Positions 25,683-32,000 of a stretch of 32,000 nucleotides of DNA are shown one piece after another (the stretch's first letter is position 1; each line of letters starts with the position of its first letter). The stretch comes from an uncultured Spirochaetales bacterium. Its GTDB lineage: Bacteria; Spirochaetota; Spirochaetia; DAHUYW01. The stretch spans positions 107,459-139,458 of the forward strand of contig CAZDMH010000014.1 of NCBI GenBank assembly GCA_964506755.1, in the 5' to 3' direction. Below the pieces are notes generated by a model. It was not told where the DNA came from and ran no database searches. It worked only from the letters and a program-made list of their open reading frames with translations. The translations under genes were made by a program, and so were the position numbers.

Positions 25683-27650
25683 ATGAGCCCGCAAGAACAA
25701 ACCGTGTTCGATGACCTCCTGAAGGAACAGCGTGAGTTCGTCCCCCCTGCGCAGTTCAAGGAGCAGGCCGTTGTCACAAGTCGAGAGCCCTACGAAAAGG
25801 CCGACCAAGACGTGCTCGCCTATTGGCGCGAACATGCCGAAGAGCTTGCGTGGTTCAAACCGTGGGACAAGGTGATGGAATGGGACCCGCCGCATGTAAA
25901 ATGGTTTACCGGGGCGAAGCTGAACATGTCCTACAACTGCATCGATCGCCATCTCGACAGCCCGCGCAGAAACAAGGCGGCGATCATCTGGGAAGCCGAG
26001 GACGGCACGGTAAAGACCTACACCTACCTGCAACTTCATCGTGAAGTCTGCAAGTTCGCGAACTGCCTGAAGGACCTCGGCGTGAAAAAGGGCGACCGGG
26101 TAGCCATATACCTCCCGATGGTACCCGAAGCGGCGATCTCCATGCTCGCTTGCACCCGCATCGGCGCCATCCACAACGTCGTCTTTGGTGGTTTTTCTCC
26201 GGATTCGCTCGCCGAACGAATCAACGACTCACAGGCAAAGGTTTTGATTACCGCCGACGGCGGGTGGCGCCGCGGAAACGTCGTCTCGCTGAAGCACAAC
26301 GGCGACCGTGCGCTCGAACAAACCTCGAGCATCGAACATGTGGTAATGGTCAAAAATCTTCCAGGAGAACACCACCTCCTGCATGTCGTCGAGGGACGAG
26401 ACCACTGGTACCATCGCATAATGGACCACCAAAGCGCCGATTGCCCGGCGGAAGAGATGGATGCGGAGGACGTCCTCTATATCCTTTACACCTCCGGAAC
26501 GACGGGCAAGCCGAAGGGCATCGTCCACACGACGGGTGGCTACGCGGTCGGCTGCTATGCGACGACGAAGTATGTTTTCGACATCAAGGAGCAGGACGTA
26601 TTCTGGTGCTCGGCAGACGTCGGATGGGTCACCGGTCACAGCTATGTAGTCTACGGACCGTTGATGAACGGCGCGACAGTGTTCATGTACGAAGGGGCAC
26701 CCGACTATCCGGACCGTGGCCGGTTTTGGGAGATGATCGATCGACACAAGGTGTCGGTCTTCTACACCGCGCCGACCGCCATTCGTTCCTTCATGAAGTG
26801 GGGAAACGAACACCCGGCAAAATCCGACCTTTCGAGCCTTCGCCTGCTCGGCAGCGTCGGCGAACCGATCAATCCCGAGGCGTGGATTTGGTATCACGAA
26901 CAGATCGGCGGAAAGCGCTGCCCGGTTGTCGACACATGGTGGCAGACCGAAACCGGTTCGATCATGATCAGCGGGCTGCCGGGGGTAACCGCCATGAAGC
27001 CGGGATTCGCAGGCCCGCCGATGCCGGGCATCAAGGCGACCATCCTCGACGAGGCGGGCAACGAAGTGAAGTCCGGAAGCGGTTTCCTCGCCATCAAACA
27101 TCCCTGGCCGTCAATGCTCCGCACCATTTGGGGCGACGACGAACGCTATGTCAGCACCTATTTCTCCAAGTGGGACGGAAAAACCTACTTCCCCGGTGAC
27201 GGGGCGAAGCGCGACGAGAAAGGCAACTTCATGATTCTCGGTCGGGTCGACGACGTGCTCAACGTATCGGGCCACCGAATCGGTACAATGGAGGTCGAGT
27301 CCGCTCTCGTGAGTCATCCGGCCGTCGCGGAATCGGCAGTTGTGGGCAGAAACCACGACACGAAGGGACAGGCTATCGTAGCGTTCGTCACCGTCAAGGG
27401 CGGCCAGAAATTCGACGACCGGCTCAAAGAGACCCTGAAGAAACACGTCGCAGAAAAGATCGGAGCCCTCGCGAGGCCGGAGGACGTCCTATTCTCCTCA
27501 GAGCTGCCAAAGACTCGCTCGGGCAAAATCATGAGACGACTGCTGCGCGACATTGCCGAAGGGCGGGCACTCGGCGACGTAACGACGCTCGCGGATCCTG
27601 CCGTTGTCGATGCGCTGCGCATGGAATACGAAGAAAAATACGGAACCTGA
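25683..27650 (+). CDS. acs: Acetyl-CoA synthetase (AMP-forming)
   Basis: 655 aa. The N-terminus [45 protein letters not shown] is highly characteristic of Acs. AMP-binding motif [11 protein letters not shown] and C-terminal [21 protein letters not shown] at 25669-25674. Confidence 0.95.
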   Translation: MSPQEQTVFDDLLKEQREFVPPAQFKEQAVVTSREPYEKADQDVLAYWREHAEELAWFKPWDKVMEWDPPHVKWFTGAKLNMSYNCIDRHLDSPRRNKAAIIWEAEDGTVKTYTYLQLHREVCKFANCLKDLGVKKGDRVAIYLPMVPEAAISMLACTRIGAIHNVVFGGFSPDSLAERINDSQAKVLITADGGWRRGNVVSLKHNGDRALEQTSSIEHVVMVKNLPGEHHLLHVVEGRDHWYHRIMDHQSADCPAEEMDAEDVLYILYTSGTTGKPKGIVHTTGGYAVGCYATTKYVFDIKEQDVFWCSADVGWVTGHSYVVYGPLMNGATVFMYEGAPDYPDRGRFWEMIDRHKVSVFYTAPTAIRSFMKWGNEHPAKSDLSSLRLLGSVGEPINPEAWIWYHEQIGGKRCPVVDTWWQTETGSIMISGLPGVTAMKPGFAGPPMPGIKATILDEAGNEVKSGSGFLAIKHPWPSMLRTIWGDDERYVSTYFSKWDGKTYFPGDGAKRDEKGNFMILGRVDDVLNVSGHRIGTMEVESALVSHPAVAESAVVGRNHDTKGQAIVAFVTVKGGQKFDDRLKETLKKHVAEKIGALARPEDVLFSSELPKTRSGKIMRRLLRDIAEGRALGDVTTLADPAVVDALRMEYEEKYGT

Positions 27651-27681
27651 ACGAAGGCGCATTCCCGGCCTTTCTTGACGT

Positions 27682-27700
27682 GGGGGGCTTTCCGCCCCCC
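27682..27700 (+). terminator. GC-rich hairpin ~30 nt after the acs stop (possible terminator)
   Basis: GGGGGGC-tttcc-GCCCCCC, a perfect 7-bp stem. Only TT follows, so it is not a textbook U-tract terminator. Confidence 0.4.
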
Positions 27701-27809
27701 TTGCACCATGAGTATATTTGGCGGGATTCTCGATACCACAAGACGACTACCAGTCCGTAACAAAGATTGCGAAGTGAGTAGCCTTGTCTGACCTACAAAG
27801 GAGATGCGA

Positions 27810-29849
27810 GTGTCTGCTTCTGCCGCCGACCGAACCAAGATACTGACCCTGGTAGGGGTGCTTCTCGCCCTCTTTCTCGGAGCCCTCGACCAGACGATCG
27901 TAGCTACCTCACTTCCCCGCATCGTGAAGGACCTCCAGGGGGTGAGTCGCTACGCGTGGGTGGCGACCTCCTATCTCCTGACTTCCACGGTGTTCGTTCC
28001 GATCTACGGTAAGCTCGCGGACATCTACAGCCGAAAGGCGATCGAGCTCTGGTCGATAGGCGTCTTCCTTGTCGGCTCCTTTCTCTGCGGGCTCGCCGGC
28101 GAGTTCGGTCCTCTCCCTCTCCTCGGCGACGGCATGAATCAGCTGATCGTCTTCCGGGGGATTCAGGGAATCGGGAGCGCAGGCTTCTTCGCGATGGCGT
28201 TTATCATCATCTCGGATCTCTTCCCACCGAGAGAGCGTGGCCGCTATCAGGGATTCGTCGGTGCAACATTCGGAATCGCGAGCGTGCTCGGGCCACTGGC
28301 GGGCGGTCTCCTGACCGACCACGGCGGCGCGATCATTCCGGGAGTCGCCGGTTGGCGTTGGATATTCTACGTGAACGTGCCCTTTGCAATCATCGCGCTC
28401 TGGTTCATCGTCAACCGAATGCCGCCCCTGCGTCCCGCCGAAGGCAAACACCGGCTCAGCTACCTCTCGGCCTTTCTCCTCCTTCTCGGGACGGTTCCAC
28501 TGATTCTCGCGCTCGAGCTCGACAAGACCGACTACCCCTGGGGAGGCGTAGTCACTCTGTCGCTGTTCGCCACCTCGGTCGTCGGCTTCCTCCTATTCGT
28601 CTGGCACTCATTCAAGGATGAGAATCCTGTCATTGATCTGAATCTGTTCAGGAACAAGATCTTCACTGTTTCGGTCCTTGCGATTTTCGTCTACGGAATC
28701 GTATTCCTGAGCACCGTCATCTTCCTGCCTCTGTTCATGGTGAACGTCGTCGGTGTCTCGGCGACCAGCTCCGGAATCACGATCATCCCCCTTTCACTCG
28801 GTCTCGTGGTTGGCAACGTCGTGGCGGGACAGCTCGTTTCGCGCTTCGGGAAATACCGCCCGTTCCTCATAGGGGGTGGCATCGCGCTTATCATTGGGGT
28901 CTATCTGCTCTCGACGATGTCGGTCCATACGACCTTCCTCGAGGCAACCCTCTTCATGCTGATCTGCGGGATCGGAATCGGCCCCTCGATGCCGCTCCTG
29001 CCCCTTGCCATCCAAAACTCAGTGGAGCGACGGCGAATCGGTCAGGCGACGAGCGCCAGCCAGTTCTTCCGGCAAATCGGCGGCACGGTCGGCGCCGCCA
29101 TCATGGGAACGGTCCTCGCCACGACGCTCACAACCGCCTTCGCGTCGAACATGCCGCAAGAGGTCAAGAGCGCCTTCTCGGGCGCCAGCAACGCGATGCA
29201 GAAGAATTTCCTATCCGGCGACGGCGGCGACCCCTCGGACCGGATCAAATCAGCGTTCAACGAGCAGTACAGCCTTATCGCACAGTACTTCAACACCGGC
29301 GACAAGAGCGCCCTTGCGAAGTTGGAGAACAATCCCTACGTGCCGGCTCAATTCAAACAACAGCTCAACGGCGGCACTCCGATGGAGAAGATCAAGGAGC
29401 AATTCGACTCCGAGTACGCGAGCATTGCTTCGGCCGCCAGAAGCGGTAACATGGACAGGCTGCGTGGCGTGCTGGCGCAAAGCAAGCTCCCGCAGGCGGC
29501 ACAGGGAGCACTCCTCGGATTGGTCGCCAGAGGCCGAGGCCCGGCCCTCGAGCGGCTCCTCGCCCAATTGAAGACCCAGCTCGACAACCAGGCGCAAACG
29601 GTCGGCGAGACGGTCACCGCGAGCACACTGTCCGCGATCAAGAAGCAGCTCGATGCACAGTCCGTCAAGGTTGCGGGCGAGGTGACTGCGGGAATCAAGA
29701 AGTCGTTCGCGGATGCGATCCAACGAATCTACTTCTATCTGTTCTTCGTTGCGATCCTCGGCTTGATCATCAGCACGCTCGTTCCTCAAATCCCCCTCAG
29801 AAGAACCCTGGAGCACCCGTCGGAACAACCGGCACCGGCAACGGAATGA
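27810..29849 (+). CDS. MFS transporter, DHA2 (EmrB/QacA-like, 14-TMS) family with a ~190-aa hydrophilic insertion before the last TM helix
   Basis: N-terminal LGALDQTIVATSLPRIV, plus GKLADIYSRK and FRGIQGIGSAG, typical of DHA2. The track start ATG 27804 directly abuts AAAGGAG (27797-27803). The in-frame GTG 27810 has 6-nt spacing, so I prefer it; the difference is 2 codons. Confidence 0.85.
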   Translation: MSASAADRTKILTLVGVLLALFLGALDQTIVATSLPRIVKDLQGVSRYAWVATSYLLTSTVFVPIYGKLADIYSRKAIELWSIGVFLVGSFLCGLAGEFGPLPLLGDGMNQLIVFRGIQGIGSAGFFAMAFIIISDLFPPRERGRYQGFVGATFGIASVLGPLAGGLLTDHGGAIIPGVAGWRWIFYVNVPFAIIALWFIVNRMPPLRPAEGKHRLSYLSAFLLLLGTVPLILALELDKTDYPWGGVVTLSLFATSVVGFLLFVWHSFKDENPVIDLNLFRNKIFTVSVLAIFVYGIVFLSTVIFLPLFMVNVVGVSATSSGITIIPLSLGLVVGNVVAGQLVSRFGKYRPFLIGGGIALIIGVYLLSTMSVHTTFLEATLFMLICGIGIGPSMPLLPLAIQNSVERRRIGQATSASQFFRQIGGTVGAAIMGTVLATTLTTAFASNMPQEVKSAFSGASNAMQKNFLSGDGGDPSDRIKSAFNEQYSLIAQYFNTGDKSALAKLENNPYVPAQFKQQLNGGTPMEKIKEQFDSEYASIASAARSGNMDRLRGVLAQSKLPQAAQGALLGLVARGRGPALERLLAQLKTQLDNQAQTVGETVTASTLSAIKKQLDAQSVKVAGEVTAGIKKSFADAIQRIYFYLFFVAILGLIISTLVPQIPLRRTLEHPSEQPAPATE

Positions 29850-29865
29850 TATAGAGATCGGTCGT

Positions 29866-29884
29866 CCCCTCTCGAGCAGAGGGG
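29866..29884 (+). terminator. Hairpin 16 nt after the MFS stop (possible terminator)
   Basis: CCCCTCT-cgagc-AGAGGGG, a 7-bp stem with no U tract. It is followed by the promoter-like element at 29901. Confidence 0.3.
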
Positions 29885-29900
29885 AACCGAATGGCTCCGC

Positions 29901-29929
29901 TTGACTTTTCATATCGGCCGAATTATGGT
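29901..29929 (+). promoter_or_regulatory. Sigma70-like promoter for the hypothetical-protein/hflX unit
   Basis: TTGACT (29901-29906), 17-nt spacer, TATGGT (29924-29929). It is ~37 nt upstream of ATG 29966. Confidence 0.35.
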
Positions 29930-29965
29930 TTTTTACGGATGACTGATATTGAAAAGAGGGGGTCT

Positions 29966-30736
29966 ATGCAAACTCACTACTATCTATCCGTGTTCCCTCT
30001 GGAGGCGTTGATTGCCTCACAACTAGAGCCGAGCCACTTCGGCGCATACATGGCCACTGGCTCGAAACGAGGCTCCGAGGAACAAATTGTCTTCATTGAA
30101 GTAGACGGTGGATTCGGCGATTATTTCGACTGGAACTACGCCAAAGAGCGTTGCGTGCCTCACGCAAACGGCGATCCCAAGCACTCCGTCTACCTTGGAG
30201 TCTACCGTGTGCTCGAGCATATTCCGCTCGATGCGCTCGGCGCCATCTACCTGACGACCCGGGACGGACGCACGCTCGAGATTGAGCGCGGGGAATACGC
30301 TTGGGCCGGTGTGAAACGTGACTACTTCGTCTACCAGGAGCTCTGCCCGATCAATCCGGTAATTGTGAGCATCCTCGACCCGGAAGCCTTGGCCAAAAGC
30401 ATATGCGGAACGGAAAGCAAGGTTCACGTGCCACATCTCGTCTTTACCGACCTGAAGGTCATCAACTTCGACGACGACGTCAACACCGGCAACATAGGTC
30501 CGATGTACGACCGGAAGAAGGGTCACCTCCTCGAGTGCATCGCCGCCGTTCAAGGCAAGGACAAGAAACCAAACAAGACGTTTACCCGCACGAACGTCGA
30601 GTCCTTCAGCTTCCAGATCATAAACCACGGCATCTATGCCACAGACGGCAAGAGCCTCGTCATGTACAAGATGCCGACGATTGAAGAGATCAAGCAGATC
30701 GACTATGACTGGGGACGCTCCGCGCTGATAATTTGA
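29966..30736 (+). CDS. Hypothetical protein, 256 aa, no recognised family
   Basis: Start moved from 29891 to ATG 29966 (MQTHYYLSVFPLEALIASQLEP...). A promoter-like TTGACT-17-TATGGT lies inside the longer ORF, and an AGAGGGGG SD precedes 29966. A same-length antisense ORF (30023..30868) was rejected as a shadow. Confidence 0.55.
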   Translation: MQTHYYLSVFPLEALIASQLEPSHFGAYMATGSKRGSEEQIVFIEVDGGFGDYFDWNYAKERCVPHANGDPKHSVYLGVYRVLEHIPLDALGAIYLTTRDGRTLEIERGEYAWAGVKRDYFVYQELCPINPVIVSILDPEALAKSICGTESKVHVPHLVFTDLKVINFDDDVNTGNIGPMYDRKKGHLLECIAAVQGKDKKPNKTFTRTNVESFSFQIINHGIYATDGKSLVMYKMPTIEEIKQIDYDWGRSALII

Positions 30737-30746
30737 ATCGGAGAGC

Positions 30747-32000
30747 ATGCACACGGACACACCGTACAATGACGTCGTATCGGCAGTTCTCGTCACCATC
30801 CAGTATCCCGGTGTGGCTACTGCGATATGCGAGGAGCATCTCGAAGAGCTGAAGGGTCTGGTCGGCACACTCGACTTCGAGGTTCGAGACGCCTCGATCG
30901 TGAAGGTTGCCTCCCCCCGTCCTCGCTACCTCGTCGGTTCCGGCAAGGCTGAAGAGATCGCTTCGAAGGCTCGAGATCTATCGACCGAATGCATCGTGTT
31001 CGACGACGAGCTCAGCCCATCGCAGCAGCGCAATTGGGAGCAGCTCACCGGACTGGCTGTAATCGATCGACATGAGGTAATCCTCGAGATATTCGCGGCC
31101 CGCGCCTCGACGCGCGAAGCTGCGCTCCAGGTGGGGCTCGCGCGGATGGAATACTCCCTTCCCCGCCTCACCCGGGCGTGGACCCACCTATCGCGACAGC
31201 ACGGCGGCGCCCGCGGAACCCGCGGCGAGGGCGAGACACAGCTCGAAATGGACCGCCGCGTCGTACTGCGGAAGATCGGCAGGCTCAAGGGCGAGCTCGA
31301 ACGGATGAAGGGACAGCGCGACCTGAGACGCAGACGCCGTGCGGTGCGCTCCCTGCCGGTCGGATCGGTCGTCGGCTATACGAACGCCGGAAAGTCGTCG
31401 CTCCTGAACGTGCTCTCCGGGTCTAACGTGCTCACGGAGGACAAGCTCTTCGCGACCCTCGATCCGACCACCCGCAAAGTGAGCCTCAGGGATGGACGCG
31501 AGGTGCTCCTCACCGACACCGTCGGATTCATCCGTAAGCTGCCTCACGATCTCGTAATGGCGTTTCGTTCGACGCTGGAGGAGACGGTCCTTTCGGACTT
31601 CCTCATTAACGTGCTCGACCTTTCCAACAGCGAAGTGGAAGAGCACCAGCACGCTACACTCGCAGTCCTGGAGGAGCTCGGGGCACGGGACAAACCGATC
31701 ATTACCGTCTTCAACAAGATCGACCGGGCGCACGATACCTGGTACGCCAATCACCTGCAGGAAGTCCATCCGGACGCAGTGTATGTCTCGGCGAAGACCG
31801 GACAGGGGATGGACGATCTCATCGCCGCGATTGCGCGCCTTCTCTCGCAGGACAGCCGCCCCCTCGCGTTCGCCCTGCCAAGCAGCCGGCATGACCTTCT
31901 TGCGCTACTCCATCGTACCGGTACGATCCTCGAGACCAACTATGAAGACGGCCACATCCTCGTCTCGGCCCAGGTGCCGGACCGTACACGAAACCTGCTC
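30747..32000 (+). CDS. hflX: GTPase HflX (418 codons; 3' end runs off the right window edge)
   Basis: Not in the ORF track because it is open at the edge. My translation is MHTDTPYNDVVSAVLVTIQYPG...LSPSQQRNWEQLTGLAVIDRHEVILEIFAARASTREAALQVGLARMEYSLPRL...RGEGETQLEMDRR...GYTNAGKSSLLN...DTVGFIRKLPHDLVMAFRSTLEE...FNKIDR. GGAGAG SD at 30740-30745. Confidence 0.9.
   Translation, partial: MHTDTPYNDVVSAVLVTIQYPGVATAICEEHLEELKGLVGTLDFEVRDASIVKVASPRPRYLVGSGKAEEIASKARDLSTECIVFDDELSPSQQRNWEQLTGLAVIDRHEVILEIFAARASTREAALQVGLARMEYSLPRLTRAWTHLSRQHGGARGTRGEGETQLEMDRRVVLRKIGRLKGELERMKGQRDLRRRRRAVRSLPVGSVVGYTNAGKSSLLNVLSGSNVLTEDKLFATLDPTTRKVSLRDGREVLLTDTVGFIRKLPHDLVMAFRSTLEETVLSDFLINVLDLSNSEVEEHQHATLAVLEELGARDKPIITVFNKIDRAHDTWYANHLQEVHPDAVYVSAKTGQGMDDLIAAIARLLSQDSRPLAFALPSSRHDLLALLHRTGTILETNYEDGHILVSAQVPDRTRNLL

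Noticed and set aside
26150-27199. 349-aa plus-strand and 290-aa minus-strand ORFs inside acs
   Set aside because: These are alternative-frame artefacts inside an unambiguous acetyl-CoA synthetase gene, and they are Arg/Gly/Pro-rich.
29250-29912. 220-aa minus-strand ORF antisense to the MFS loop region
   Set aside because: It is an antisense shadow of the Ala/Gln/Lys-rich loop-coding segment, with no SD or motif support.
30023-30868. 281-aa minus-strand ORF, exactly as long as the plus-strand ORF 29891..30736
   Set aside because: Its composition (Val/Asp/Leu/Arg/Ala-rich) is typical of an antisense shadow. It has no SD and would overlap the hflX start. The plus-strand frame has promoter-like and SD elements and a more natural protein sequence.
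1-32000. Search for CRISPR arrays, tRNA/rRNA genes, IS elements, integrases, toxin-antitoxin pairs or recognisable anti-phage defence genes
   Set aside because: I saw none: no regularly spaced repeats, no cloverleaf-capable intergenic segments (all intergenic regions are shorter than 240 nt), and no transposase, integrase or nuclease-NTPase defence signatures. The window does not look like a mobile or defence island.

Overview
GC-rich bacterial chromosomal segment, densely coding on both strands. I call 27 protein-coding genes, two of them truncated by the window edges. Shine-Dalgarno sites are clear and many start/stop codons overlap, which implies operons. I found no rRNA, tRNA, CRISPR array, transposase, integrase or phage genes, so this looks like core or accessory metabolic chromosome rather than a mobile island. 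Left to right: (1) ThuA-like plus Gfo/Idh/MocA (ThuB-like) pair, preceded by an orphan receiver and a small ferredoxin. (2) GAF/HD-GYP phosphodiesterase, CE7 acetyl esterase, aspartate kinase. (3) ychF coupled to an uncharacterised 231-aa protein. (4) A sugar compatible-solute cluster: GH63-like hydrolase, GT20 OtsA-like, GT4 and HAD OtsB-like in one overlapping operon, plus a divergent second GT4-like enzyme. (5) NfeD/stomatin pair. (6) Small CxxC protein plus DUF302. (7) A bacterial sigma-2 receptor/TMEM97-like EXPERA protein translationally coupled to a DUF1295 steroid-reductase-fold protein. (8) A 1907-aa tandem-fused double UvrA with four ABC modules, followed 8 nt later by an NRDE/TANGO2-family gene. 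(9) acs, and a DHA2 MFS transporter with a long repeat-containing loop. (10) An uncharacterised 256-aa protein and hflX. The most unusual items are the EXPERA/DUF1295 pair, the covalent double UvrA with its NRDE partner, and the four-gene glycoside operon whose product cannot be assigned. All calls rest on by-eye motif recognition and my own translation. No database search was run.
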